In this document: in pieces, positions 1 through 10,077 of the stretch
Numbering within the stretch: the stretch's first letter is position 1
Layout: each line of letters starts with the position of its first letter
Source of the DNA: an uncultured Acidobacteriaceae bacterium
GTDB taxonomy: Bacteria; Acidobacteriota; Terriglobia; Terriglobales; Acidobacteriaceae
DNA length: 64,000 nucleotides
Assembly: GCA_963741395.1 (NCBI GenBank)
Contig: CAVUHV010000001.1
Span: 222,826 to 286,825 of the forward strand
Direction of reading: 5' to 3'
Notes under the pieces: model-generated
The model's database searches: none
What the model was told of the DNA's origin: nothing
The model's input: only the letters and a program-made list of their open reading frames with translations
Made by a program: the position numbers and the translations under genes

Positions 1-1
1 G

Positions 2-973
2 CTCGGTTGAGTGGACATCATGGCACGTTGAGCATGTCATTTGAGGAGAGGATAGGTAGCAGCGACTGCGTTCGAGAAGTCCCACCTGATTGCCGTGGAC
101 GTCGGGGCGGTCCGCGGTGGAGACGGGCAACTGTTTGAAGTAGTCGCTCAGTGGCCGCCCCGGCACATAGGAGAAAGCGGGTGCTGTTGCCTCTCGCTGG
201 ATGCCGTTGTGGCAGAGTGCGCAGAGATCGATCTGGCGATCGCGTGTGAACTTCGTGGGGTTCAGGATCGCCCCGCCTGCCGCGCTGGCTGTGCCTGCCT
301 CCTGGCGCGCGACGTGCTCCGCGCCCGGACCGTGGCAGTACTCGCAGGTGATGCCTGTGACGAGGGTATCTCTGTCATAGCGATTCGTGTTGGGGTCGTT
401 GGACAGGGGTCGAGTGTAGCTTGCGTGGCACTCCAGGCAGCCGGGGTTCACGGGGCGGGAAAAGTTTGCCGAGCCATTCTCGTAGCCGGGGCTGTTGATC
501 CACTGATGTCCGCTTGTCCAGTAGCTGACAGGTAACTCGAAGAGCTGGTCGCCCTGCCAATAGAGGTAGGTGGCTCCGCGAACGCCTGAGCCCGTCATCA
601 GGTCCATGCGCTCGGTGCGGGTCTGAAGCTGCGCCCCCCACCCGGTTGCGGCGGTCTGGTAGAAGCCGCCGTCCTTCTGTTCCATCTTGAAGTAGAGGCC
701 AGGCTCGGCTGTTGCGTGTGCGGGATCGACGATCGTTAGCACGTTCGATCCGTCAGCGAATGAGCCAAGCACTGTGGACTTGTTGACGGGTTGCGAGGTG
801 AGGTGATGCGAGGTGTGGAGATACGCCGAACTCTGAAGGGTGTGGCACGAGGCGCAGGCAGCGTCTCCGGCATAACCGGGGCGGGGATCATGCGAGGTGC
901 TCTGCCCTGGCAATAGGGCCAGAGCGAGCAGACAAGTCAAAGCCAGAAGCAACGCAGCACGAAATCGGATCAT
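2..973 (-). CDS. Secreted multiheme c-type cytochrome, C-terminus outside the window
   Basis: Hand translation from ATG at 973: signal-like MIRFRAALLLALTCLLALALLPG, then CASCH, CLECH, CEYCH, CALCH, CSTCH; no stop before the window edge. Absent from the ORF track. Confidence 0.9.
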   Translation of the reverse strand, partial: MIRFRAALLLALTCLLALALLPGQSTSHDPRPGYAGDAACASCHTLQSSAYLHTSHHLTSQPVNKSTVLGSFADGSNVLTIVDPAHATAEPGLYFKMEQKDGGFYQTAATGWGAQLQTRTERMDLMTGSGVRGATYLYWQGDQLFELPVSYWTSGHQWINSPGYENGSANFSRPVNPGCLECHASYTRPLSNDPNTNRYDRDTLVTGITCEYCHGPGAEHVARQEAGTASAAGGAILNPTKFTRDRQIDLCALCHNGIQREATAPAFSYVPGRPLSDYFKQLPVSTADRPDVHGNQVGLLERSRCYLSSPQMTCSTCHDVHSTE

Positions 974-1045
974 TCGGTTTACTCGATTTAGCTCGACGTT
1001 TCACTGTAATAACCGGCGGAGATAGTAGCAACTGTTTCTTCCGAG

Positions 1046-3067
1046 ATGGGTATGTTTTACATGCGAAATATTTATTTCGTGAATAGAAGACCTGCTGCCG
1101 ATCGGAACGCTACAATGATCTGGTTTGCAAGAGGCTCAACACCGATGATGCGTTTCTACGGCTCCTTTTTCGGCGGGCTAGTTGTAGCTGCCTCGTTACT
1201 TTCATCCCACGTGATCTGCGCACAGGGTGCTTCTCAGGAGGCGGCTAATGAGCCGATGCAGGCCGGGGACGCTGCTCAGCGTGATGCGGCCGCGATCCGT
1301 GACGCCGAAAGCGGATGGTACGCGGAGGCCCTCAAGACGCGGGACGAACGTCTCGCCTGGTGGCGTGATGCGCGCTTTGGCTGTTTCATCCACTGGGGTC
1401 CGTACTCGGTGCTTGGTGGCGAGTGGCAGGGCAAGCCCAACCCGGGCTACGCCGAACACATCATGCGCGTCGATCAGATTCCTTTGGCTACCTACCGAGA
1501 TGAAGTTGCGGCTAAATTCCATCCCGATAAATTCGACGCGAACGAATGGGTGCGGCTGATCAAGTCCGCCGGAATGCGCTACATCATCATCACGTCGAAG
1601 CATCACGACGGCTTTGCGATCTGGCCCTCGGACGTTAATGGCTACAACGTTCGCGACGTCTCTCACTTCAGTCGCGATCCATTGAAGGAGCTGGTGGATG
1701 CTGCTCGCGCCCAGGGTCTGCATGTCGGGTTCTACTACTCGCATGCCTTCGACTGGGAAGACCCCAATGCGCCCGGCAACGACTGGGACTACAACAATCC
1801 AGGTGGAGACAAGCAACTTTTTGGCGGCGTCAATTGGTATAACGTCCACCCTGAGCTTGTGCCTCGGGTTGAAAAGTACGTGTACGGAAAGGCGATTCCG
1901 CAACTCAAAGAGCTGATTGCCCGGTACCACCCGGACATTCTCTGGTTCGATACGCCGGCCAAGTTACCGTTTTTTGAGCAGGCGGCCATCGTCAAGGCAG
2001 TGCGTGAGGCCGGTCCCGATATCGTCATCAACGGCCGTGCGGCGCGAAGCGGATCTGTGAATCTGGGAGACTATCTCAATACTGCCGACCGGCCGGCTGA
2101 GTTGCGTCCTACGGCAGGTGACTGGGAGGCGATTCCCACGACGAATGAGTCCTATGGGTGGAATCAGCTGGACCATACTCATAAGCCTGTCGAGTATTTT
2201 GTACAGCTTCTCGCCAAGTCGGCTGCCAAGGGTGGCAATATTCTGCTCAACATTGGGCCGCGCGGAGACGGAACGATTGATCGTCCTGATGTCGCGATTC
2301 TCGAAGGCATCGGCCACTGGATGGATGTAAACCAGGAAAGCATTCGCGGAACTGTGCGTACGCCGCTTGACCGGCAGGCGTGGGGAGACTCCACACTGAA
2401 GGGAGACACTCTTTACCTTCACGTCTTTCATTGGCCTGCGAGTGGTCACCTTGTCGTCGGTGGACTGCAGAGCGACGTTGCCGCGGCTTACCTGCTGAGT
2501 GATCCAGAAAAGAAGGAGCTGAAGGCGAAGCGAATCAGCGCAAATGACGTGAGCATCGATCTTCCTCGATCGGCTCCAGACAGCGCGGACACCGTCGTCG
2601 TTCTGAAGAGTCGCGGACCGGTCAAAGCGATCACGGGCCGCTTACTGCAGGCTTCGGTTGCGGAGAATGTATTGCTTGGGTTCGATGCGCAAGCACTGGG
2701 CGCCGGTTTCAGCTATGGCGATGGAAAGACCGCGCGCTACTATGTCGACGGATTGGGGAAGCCTGGCAATGCTCTCAGGTGGAATGTACGCGTCGATGAA
2801 CCTTCCCGCTTCAAAGTGGCGATTCGTTATAGTTCACCTGAATCTAAGACTCATCCTGAGGCGCGGTTTGTCGTGCATCTAGGTGAACGCGTTCTCAATG
2901 CTCCTGTAACGGGCACGTCAGGCGAGCACGGGATCACAACACTCCAGGTGGGCGAGCTTGAACTGAAGCCAGGAGAGCTGCAACCGCTAACGGTGAGTTT
3001 GGATAGTCAAGAAGAGGTTATTCACTTTTTTGAGATTGATCTCACACCCGTTCGCTCGGGCAAGTGA
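1046..3067 (+). CDS. Alpha-L-fucosidase (GH29) with C-terminal CBM-like domain; true start probably near 1142
   Basis: WWRDARFGCFIHWG, TSKHHDGFAIW, GFYYS and ILWFD motifs; signal-like segment after MMRFYG. Confidence 0.9.
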   Translation: MGMFYMRNIYFVNRRPAADRNATMIWFARGSTPMMRFYGSFFGGLVVAASLLSSHVICAQGASQEAANEPMQAGDAAQRDAAAIRDAESGWYAEALKTRDERLAWWRDARFGCFIHWGPYSVLGGEWQGKPNPGYAEHIMRVDQIPLATYRDEVAAKFHPDKFDANEWVRLIKSAGMRYIIITSKHHDGFAIWPSDVNGYNVRDVSHFSRDPLKELVDAARAQGLHVGFYYSHAFDWEDPNAPGNDWDYNNPGGDKQLFGGVNWYNVHPELVPRVEKYVYGKAIPQLKELIARYHPDILWFDTPAKLPFFEQAAIVKAVREAGPDIVINGRAARSGSVNLGDYLNTADRPAELRPTAGDWEAIPTTNESYGWNQLDHTHKPVEYFVQLLAKSAAKGGNILLNIGPRGDGTIDRPDVAILEGIGHWMDVNQESIRGTVRTPLDRQAWGDSTLKGDTLYLHVFHWPASGHLVVGGLQSDVAAAYLLSDPEKKELKAKRISANDVSIDLPRSAPDSADTVVVLKSRGPVKAITGRLLQASVAENVLLGFDAQALGAGFSYGDGKTARYYVDGLGKPGNALRWNVRVDEPSRFKVAIRYSSPESKTHPEARFVVHLGERVLNAPVTGTSGEHGITTLQVGELELKPGELQPLTVSLDSQEEVIHFFEIDLTPVRSGK

Positions 3068-3082
3068 CGCTTTCCTGGAGGG

Positions 3083-4309
3083 CTAGTCAAACATTTCGTC
3101 ACCGGTAGGTTCGTAGAGAGGAACGTTGTTCATGGTGTGTCTCAGCTTTGAAAGCGTGTCATACATGCGGCGGCGCGCGCGGCTTTGATTGCCGAGCGGG
3201 CGATGCTCGGGGATGCAGTGCCAAGGATTGTAGGAGAGCTGCCTGGCGAAGTCCAGCTGGGCCTGTGATGCGAATGTCTGCTTCGGAATTCGAAGCGTAG
3301 CGACGGAGCGACGCGGGGAGAGTCTTTCTGGCCAGTACACGGCGTTGTTTTCGAGTGGCATGAGATGGGGATCGGTCTGGAGTTGCACGCGAACGTCGAA
3401 GAAGGCTTCCTCAGTGACCAGCGTGTTTGCCATGGCCTGGCGGAGGTAGTCGTCGGGCGGCCGGAGTGGAAGCCGTGGAACCGGAGTGCGCCGCGAGGTC
3501 CTGGGCCAGAAGGAGTACTGCATCGCCTGGCCTTCTCCTAACAGGTAGGGAACGCAACTGAAGTAGGGGGCTTCGAGCGGACTGCTCTGCGTCTTAATCC
3601 AGAGCCCCTGCATGATGAGGTCAAGGACATGGGAGTTGTGCAGGTTTACGAAATAGAAGATCTGCGCGTTTTTTACGCTCTCAACCTGCAGCTGCGCATT
3701 GGCTTTGGTGTCCGGCGTGACGAAGGTTGGGGTCGAGACGCCGAACATGTCCTGCGTGAACTTCTCTTCTTCCATCAACTTCGGGCCGGGAACCCCCATC
3801 AGCTTTACGCTGATGCTCATGAAGCCTACGTCGTCGATGTCGGGAGTGATGTAGGGACCGGGGCCGGAGAATCGCACCCAGGCTTTGTAGGTGCGTGGCT
3901 CGGTGTAGATGCCGTGACGGAGTTCCGGTACTAGATTGTCGTGCACGATGAATTCGCCGCGCACGATACCGTGAGTCTTGGTATTGCCGCCGCGTTCGTA
4001 GGCGCCCGGCTTCCATAAGCCTCGAAGTTGGGTTTCGAAGCTGTCGATGATCGAGTCGAGGAAGAGCTGTTCGTCGGGCAAAAGCTTTTCTTCGGCAATC
4101 TTCAAGCCTTCGTTTGGGCGACGCAGGTTGATGAGCGCCGTTACAAAGCGCGTGAGCGGATCACGCAAGGTCGCATCGAAGGCGGGACGAAACAGCGGAT
4201 CGAAGCGCCGCTCGAACTGGACCAATTTCGTCGACAGATTGGCGAGCAGGTTCAACAGCGTTGAGCCGGTGTTGGCTTTCGGAATAGGACGATCCGGATT
4301 TGCAGTCAA
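3083..4309 (-). CDS. Short catalase-like heme protein
   Basis: NTKTHGIVRGEF (distal His), WVRFS, LSYNPWH, HRPLG..SRARRRMY (proximal Arg-x3-Tyr); 408 aa. Confidence 0.8.
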   Translation of the reverse strand: MTANPDRPIPKANTGSTLLNLLANLSTKLVQFERRFDPLFRPAFDATLRDPLTRFVTALINLRRPNEGLKIAEEKLLPDEQLFLDSIIDSFETQLRGLWKPGAYERGGNTKTHGIVRGEFIVHDNLVPELRHGIYTEPRTYKAWVRFSGPGPYITPDIDDVGFMSISVKLMGVPGPKLMEEEKFTQDMFGVSTPTFVTPDTKANAQLQVESVKNAQIFYFVNLHNSHVLDLIMQGLWIKTQSSPLEAPYFSCVPYLLGEGQAMQYSFWPRTSRRTPVPRLPLRPPDDYLRQAMANTLVTEEAFFDVRVQLQTDPHLMPLENNAVYWPERLSPRRSVATLRIPKQTFASQAQLDFARQLSYNPWHCIPEHRPLGNQSRARRRMYDTLSKLRHTMNNVPLYEPTGDEMFD

Positions 4310-4357
4310 AGATTCTGCCCTTCGAGTGTGAGCCTGAAGCTTGGTGACCTTTGAAAG

Positions 4358-4798
4358 CTAGGAAACGGGAAACTGGAGTGAAAAGTGAATTGTTCTGATT
4401 TTTTCCCAGTAGACAAGTCCGAGGTACGATCCAGCGCCGATCTGACGGATTTCGTCACGGACGTGTTCAGCAAGAAGAGAGGTCTTCGAGTAATCGAGAA
4501 CGATGCACTCCTTGCCATCGAACCAACTGTCGCCTTTATAGACCTGGGCGACGATCGCGTTGAGTCCGAATGCGAGGATGCGGTTGGTCAACGTACCGTG
4601 GGCAGCGTCGAAGGTCTTTCCCTGCCACGTGAAGATATTGATCAGAGAGGCGATTTCAGGGGAAAACTTGGTATCGGGCGCGATGATTGCCGTTCCTTGA
4701 GCCTCTCCGTTTGGTATATCGCCTGACGGGCTGTTACCGAAAAGATCGTCGAGTTCCTTGTCGGACATCGCCAGTAGTTGAGCGGTCGTGTAAGCCAT
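4358..4798 (-). CDS. Hypothetical protein, 146 aa, of a type seen beside or fused to GMC oxidases
   Basis: WQGKTF...IVLDYS...VRDEIRQIG.G.YLG pattern; same strand and 48 bp upstream of the catalase-like gene. Confidence 0.7.
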   Translation of the reverse strand: MAYTTAQLLAMSDKELDDLFGNSPSGDIPNGEAQGTAIIAPDTKFSPEIASLINIFTWQGKTFDAAHGTLTNRILAFGLNAIVAQVYKGDSWFDGKECIVLDYSKTSLLAEHVRDEIRQIGAGSYLGLVYWEKIRTIHFSLQFPVS

Positions 4799-4999
4799 CG
4801 TTCGGTCTCCTTTTCAGCGTCGCGAATATCTTGTCGGCGCAGCAAAAAATAAGGGGCCCGATAGAGTATCGCCAACTATGACTGCCTCCGGTATGTTTGT
4901 CAATCCTATCCAGACGAACACTTTTGGCCACAAGACATTGCTGCATCTCCCATAGTCATGGCAGGCCGAGTGAAGTTAGGATGAGTTGCATCGAAGTGC

Positions 5000-6931
5000 T
5001 TGCGCGAAACCGTTGCGGATATTGGAGAGGCGCGATTGACCACGGTTGATCCACTGAGTACAACTGCCGAGTTCATCATTGTCGGCTCCGGAGCTGGCGG
5101 AGGAACCCTGGCGGCACGTCTTGCGGAGTCGGGGTACAGCGTTCTCTTGCTTGAGGCCGGAGGCGATGCGAAAACCGCAACGGAGCCTGAACCTCGCGGC
5201 CCAAGTGGTGGCCTGCCTAACGACTACGATGTACCGGTTTTTCACGGGTACGCGTCGGAGAACAAGGCAATCGCGTGGAACTTCTTCGTGCGCCACTATG
5301 CGAGCGACGAGCGCCAGTGTCAGGATCCGAACTACATCGAGAGCATCGATGGCCAACGAGTTGATGGTGTGCTCTATCCGCGATCGGCGACGCTTGGAGG
5401 CTGCACTGCGCATAACGCGATGATCATGGTCTATCCGCACAATGAGGACTGGGACGCAATCGCGGAGTTGACCGGGGATGATTCCTGGCGAGCGGAACGG
5501 ATGCGGGGGTATTTTGAACGCTTGGAGAGATGCCGTCACCGATGGCTTCATCGTGCCCTCGCGGCGCTTGGCTACAATCCCACGCGGCACGGCTGGACGG
5601 GCTGGCTCACGACCGAAAAGGCGATCCCGTTGTCCGCATTTTTTGATGGGACACTCGTCCACATGATTGTGCTCTCGGCGTGGGAGGCGTTTCTGAATGC
5701 GGGCAGTCGACGCGATCATCTGCGCTGGTTGTGGAAGGGCGCCTTCGATCCCAACGATTGGCGGTTGGTGAGGGAGAGCGCAGGTGGCGTGCGCTACCTT
5801 CCCCTTACCACTCGTGGCCACGCGCGTACAAGCACGCGGGAGCGAGTTCTCGATGTCGCGGCCAGATGTCCGCAGCTGTTGCGCATCGAACTTGATGCTC
5901 TTGCAACTCGCGTGCTTTTTGATGAATCCAATCGGGCCGTCGGTGTCGAATATCTCAAGGGCGCCAGTCTCTATCGAGCCCACGCAGAACCAAGCAGGCA
6001 GGCCGGCGAATCGCGTGCGGCTTATGCGACTCGCGAGGTCATTCTGTGCGGAGGAGCGTTTAATACACCTCAGCTACTGATGCTTTCTGGGATTGGTGCA
6101 CCGGAGGAGCTTGCGGCGCAGGGGATTCCGGTCCGCGTGGATCTGCCGGGTGTTGGACGCAATCTGCAGGATCGCTACGAGGTTCCGGTTGTGAATCGGA
6201 TGAATTTCGCCCAATGGAAAGTCTTTCGCGGCGCTCGCTTCGCGCAGAACGATCCGTTATTCGATAAGTGGAAACGTATTCGCCAGGGACCGTACATCAC
6301 GAACGGGGGCGTATTGGCGGCGTTCCGGCGTTCATTCGCGTCCCGTGAGACGCCGGATATATTTTGCCTCGCGCTGCTTGGACTATTTCGCGGTTACTTC
6401 CCGAACTATTCGGCGCTGTTCGCGAAGAACCTCAACTATCTCACGTGGGTCGTGCTCAAGGCCCACACCAGGAATCGCGCCGGTCGTGTCACTCTGCGGT
6501 CGGCCGATCCGCGCGACATGCCGCTGATCAATTTCCACTACTTCGACGAAGGCAGCGACGTTGAGGGCGAGGACCTCGATGCGGTGGTTGAGGGTATACG
6601 TTTCGTACGCAAGATCACGCAGCACTTTAAGGACAGCAAGATGATCGCAGAAGAAGAGCTGCCCGGCGACTGTCTTCAAAGCGATGAAGAACTGAAAGAC
6701 TTCGCGCGCGCTCACGCCTGGGGCCACCATGCCTCATCGAGCTGTGCCATCGGGCCGCGCGAACAGAGTGGCGTCCTTACGAGCGATTTTCGAGTGCACG
6801 GCACATATGGCCTTCGCGTCGTGGACGCCTCTGTCTTTCCGCGCATTCCGGGGTTCTTTATCGCCAGTGCGATATACATGATTGCCGAAAAGGCCGCTGA
6901 CGTAATCCTGGCAGATGCCCGTAAGTCTTGA
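5000..6931 (+). CDS. GMC-family FAD oxidoreductase
   Basis: GSGAGGG, YPRSATLGGCTAHN, LCGGAFNTPQLLMLSGIG, GRNLQD, WGHH, GLRVVDASVFP. Confidence 0.92.
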   Translation: MRETVADIGEARLTTVDPLSTTAEFIIVGSGAGGGTLAARLAESGYSVLLLEAGGDAKTATEPEPRGPSGGLPNDYDVPVFHGYASENKAIAWNFFVRHYASDERQCQDPNYIESIDGQRVDGVLYPRSATLGGCTAHNAMIMVYPHNEDWDAIAELTGDDSWRAERMRGYFERLERCRHRWLHRALAALGYNPTRHGWTGWLTTEKAIPLSAFFDGTLVHMIVLSAWEAFLNAGSRRDHLRWLWKGAFDPNDWRLVRESAGGVRYLPLTTRGHARTSTRERVLDVAARCPQLLRIELDALATRVLFDESNRAVGVEYLKGASLYRAHAEPSRQAGESRAAYATREVILCGGAFNTPQLLMLSGIGAPEELAAQGIPVRVDLPGVGRNLQDRYEVPVVNRMNFAQWKVFRGARFAQNDPLFDKWKRIRQGPYITNGGVLAAFRRSFASRETPDIFCLALLGLFRGYFPNYSALFAKNLNYLTWVVLKAHTRNRAGRVTLRSADPRDMPLINFHYFDEGSDVEGEDLDAVVEGIRFVRKITQHFKDSKMIAEEELPGDCLQSDEELKDFARAHAWGHHASSSCAIGPREQSGVLTSDFRVHGTYGLRVVDASVFPRIPGFFIASAIYMIAEKAADVILADARKS

Positions 6932-7194
6932 GAGCTCAGCAAATAAGGGCGTTGACAAGGTTCTCGGTCAACGATATCGTCTCATCTCAACACGATCAGG
7001 GCCCCGAAGATGTTTCCCTGCACGAGGGAAGCAGAAATTTTCTGTGACAAGGGTGCCAATGTATTACGACGTGCCGAAGATCATCTGCTCTCCTCTCCAT
7101 CTTCCTCGTCTGATGAATTTCATTCCGAATGTAGTGTCGGGCCATCGTAGCAGTTGTGCTCCGCGATTCGTTCTGAGGTGTATGCAGGCAAATC

Positions 7195-8487
7195 ATGACT
7201 CCCCAGTCGAACATCATGGTCGTCGTACCGATCGTCGAGAGCCGTGAGGCTGAGCTGCGAGAGATGCTTTCAAGCATGAACGTGGCGCCCGGTGTAGCGG
7301 ATACCGAGAACTCGTTGTTGCCGTTCGGCAAACTGGCCACGCTACACTTCGCCCGCTTTGTCATTCTCGAAGACGATACGAGGGAAGATCTTCTCGCTTA
7401 TGGATATCCTCCAGCCAGCGCAACGAAGTCTCTTGCGCTGCTCTGCGATTTTGATGGCTCCGCCGAGGTCTTTCTGCGCGCACTTGTCGGTGTCGCCGAA
7501 CCAGGCGTCCGCCGCCTCTTTTCCTGTTGCGAGCCTGCGCCGGATTCAAATCTGCTGGATTGGCTCAAAGCGCGCGAAGTTTCTGCGTCGGCATCTTATG
7601 TCAACTGGATAGGCCGCACCGTCCTTCAAGTCCGCGAAGAGAACGCGCTGTATCTTGCGCTCATCAACTATCTCAGGGGAGCTTCACATCGAGCATCAAG
7701 TGCAAGGCAGATCTGGAGCGATCTTCGTGGCTTTGTGCGCCAGGAACAGGCCGCAGGACACCTATTACTTACGCCTCCGCAGAGTACGCCCCTTACATGG
7801 AGGCTCAAGAATCTACTGCACTGTATTGGCATTCCGCTGCTACTGATATTTTTCCTTCCTCTCATTCTGCTTTACCTGCCCATCTTTCTCATCCAGCTTC
7901 GCATTCATGAGAAGACCGATCCCGTCATAGCTCCACGGCCGGCAACGGATCACGCTATTGCTCTGGCCACTCTAGAAGATCGCATTGTGACCAATCAGTT
8001 CAGCGCCTATGGCAACATCAAGCCGGGGCTCTTCCGCCGGTGGACGATCGCCGCGGTCTTCCTTGCGATCGATTACGCGGCACGGCACGTTTACAACCGC
8101 GGATTTCTAGCGCGCGTTGTTACGATTCAGTTCGCCCGTTGGGTCTTTTTGAATGGCCATAAGCGCGCCTTCTTTGCGAGCAACTATGACGGGAGTCTCG
8201 AGAGCTATATGGGCGACTTCATCAACAAGGTGGCCTGGGGACTCAACATCGTCTTTAGTAACGGACTAGGCTATCCACGGACCAACTGGCTCATCGCCGG
8301 TGGGGCGAAGGACGAGTTGACCTTCAAGGATTACCTGCGTCGCCACCAGTTGCCCACACAGGTCTGGTATAACGCAGTGCCGGGCGTAACCGCCCATGAC
8401 ATGGAGCGCAACTCACGCATTCGCCACGGGCTAGAAAACTCAAGTATGAGTGATTCCGAACTGGAGCAATGGGTCAGGCTCTTCTGA
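7195..8487 (+). CDS. Conserved hypothetical membrane protein with two related domains
   Basis: LHFARFV...CDFDG and IQFARWV...SNYDG repeats flank a hydrophobic segment (IPLLLIFFLPLILLYLPIFLIQL). Confidence 0.75.
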   Translation: MTPQSNIMVVVPIVESREAELREMLSSMNVAPGVADTENSLLPFGKLATLHFARFVILEDDTREDLLAYGYPPASATKSLALLCDFDGSAEVFLRALVGVAEPGVRRLFSCCEPAPDSNLLDWLKAREVSASASYVNWIGRTVLQVREENALYLALINYLRGASHRASSARQIWSDLRGFVRQEQAAGHLLLTPPQSTPLTWRLKNLLHCIGIPLLLIFFLPLILLYLPIFLIQLRIHEKTDPVIAPRPATDHAIALATLEDRIVTNQFSAYGNIKPGLFRRWTIAAVFLAIDYAARHVYNRGFLARVVTIQFARWVFLNGHKRAFFASNYDGSLESYMGDFINKVAWGLNIVFSNGLGYPRTNWLIAGGAKDELTFKDYLRRHQLPTQVWYNAVPGVTAHDMERNSRIRHGLENSSMSDSELEQWVRLF

Positions 8488-8540
8488 TCGACGACGTGCC
8501 TGCATGAGCGGCAGGCGGGAAAGGAGGCTCAGCAAAGCGG

Positions 8541-10064
8541 ATGGCGCCGCCCCTCTCAAATGCGGATTACGGCGATATCCAGGGCCTTCTGCGCTTTGGG
8601 TATTCACGGCTCACGGCCGCGTGCTTTCTGCTGATGCGCATCGACGATGCAGCCTCTGCCTGCAACTGGCTGGCAAATGCTCCTCTCTCGAGCGCAGAGG
8701 TTCAGAGCCCTCCGCCATCGCGCGCCCTTCAGATCGCTTTCACGTATCAAGGCTTGAGCAAGCTCGGCGTTCCAGACGAGATTCTCAAGGGCTTCTCCGC
8801 GGAGTTCCTCTCCGGCATGGTCAGCGATGATAACCGCTCCCGCCGCCTCGGTGACGTGGGACCCAATGCGCCAGAGCGTTGGTTTTGGGGTGCGCCCGCA
8901 TCGGTGCCTGACGCGGTAGCGATGATCTACGCGACACCGGACCTCTTTAATGAGTGGAAGAACACGATCGAAGCGGGCCTGGAGCAGTCGGGCTTTGCAT
9001 TGCTCGGGTGCCTGCCCACTTCGGACATGGGTGGTGTCGAGCCATTCGGTTTTGTCGATGGCGTCAGCAGCCCCACCGTCGACTGGGACAGGCGACGCGA
9101 TCCCTCGGGGGACAAGCTGAGCTATGAGAACGTAGCCATGCTTGGCGAGTTTGTTCTTGGTTACCCGAATGAGTACGGCAGATATACGACGAGGCCTACA
9201 GTTGTCGATCCTTCCGCCGATCTTCCGGACGCCGAGGAGTCGCCTGGCCTGAAAGACCTTGGCCGTAATGGCAGCTATCTCGTTATGCGTCAGATCGAGC
9301 AGGATGTGCGCGGATTCTGGAGCTTCCTTGATAAGCAGGCAGAGGACGATTCCAGCCGCCGTCAGTATCTCGCTGAGAGATTAGTCGGTCGCAAGATGTC
9401 TGGTGATCCCCTTCTGCCGGTCGCGCAAAATGACATCCATGGTGTGGGTCCTGAACCTGTCGATATACAGCGGAACCGATTCACCTTCGACTCAGATCCT
9501 CAGGGCGTTCACTGCCCTTTCGGGGCGCATATACGCCGAGCGAATCCGCGCAATGCCGATCTTCCGCCGGGCACGCCTTCCGTGCTCTTCGAACGCCTCC
9601 TGCATATTCTGGCCCTCAATCGCTTTTTGAACGATGACGATGACACATTTCACAAGGATCTCATCGCCTCAACTCGCTTCCATCGGCTGCTACGGCGCGG
9701 CCGCGAGTACGGCCCAAAACGTAGTCCCGAGCAACTTCTTGAGCCGGCGCCATCCGATGAGCCGCCTGCGGGCCTCATCTTCATTTGTCTGAATGCCAAC
9801 ATCGGTCGCCAATTCGAATTCATCCAGAGCGCATGGATCATGAGCACGAAGTTCGACGGTCTGAATGGCGAGAGCGACCCCCTGCTCGGCAACCGCGAGC
9901 CGGTGGCGGGCTGTCCCGCGAGCGGGTTCTCGCTTCCTGCCGTCGACGGTGTGCGTCGAGAGCTAAAGGATGTGCCGCGCTTCACCACGGTGCGCGGAGG
10001 AGCGTATTTTTTCCTGCCAGGGCTCCGTGCGCTACGATATCTGGCGCGCGCCGGCAGAGTTTGA
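8541..10064 (+). CDS. Dye-decolorizing (DyP-type) peroxidase
   Basis: FGFVDGVSSP (GxxDG), NGSYLVMRQIEQDV, CPFGAHIRRANPR (proximal His), LLRRGREYG (distal Arg). Confidence 0.92.
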   Translation: MAPPLSNADYGDIQGLLRFGYSRLTAACFLLMRIDDAASACNWLANAPLSSAEVQSPPPSRALQIAFTYQGLSKLGVPDEILKGFSAEFLSGMVSDDNRSRRLGDVGPNAPERWFWGAPASVPDAVAMIYATPDLFNEWKNTIEAGLEQSGFALLGCLPTSDMGGVEPFGFVDGVSSPTVDWDRRRDPSGDKLSYENVAMLGEFVLGYPNEYGRYTTRPTVVDPSADLPDAEESPGLKDLGRNGSYLVMRQIEQDVRGFWSFLDKQAEDDSSRRQYLAERLVGRKMSGDPLLPVAQNDIHGVGPEPVDIQRNRFTFDSDPQGVHCPFGAHIRRANPRNADLPPGTPSVLFERLLHILALNRFLNDDDDTFHKDLIASTRFHRLLRRGREYGPKRSPEQLLEPAPSDEPPAGLIFICLNANIGRQFEFIQSAWIMSTKFDGLNGESDPLLGNREPVAGCPASGFSLPAVDGVRRELKDVPRFTTVRGGAYFFLPGLRALRYLARAGRV

Positions 10065-10077
10065 TCGAACACGGGGG

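Noticed and set aside
6915-7247. ORFs in the GMC-to-7195 gap
   Set aside because: No motifs, and they overlap both flanking genes; a 7-bp inverted repeat at 6950-6973 is too weak to call
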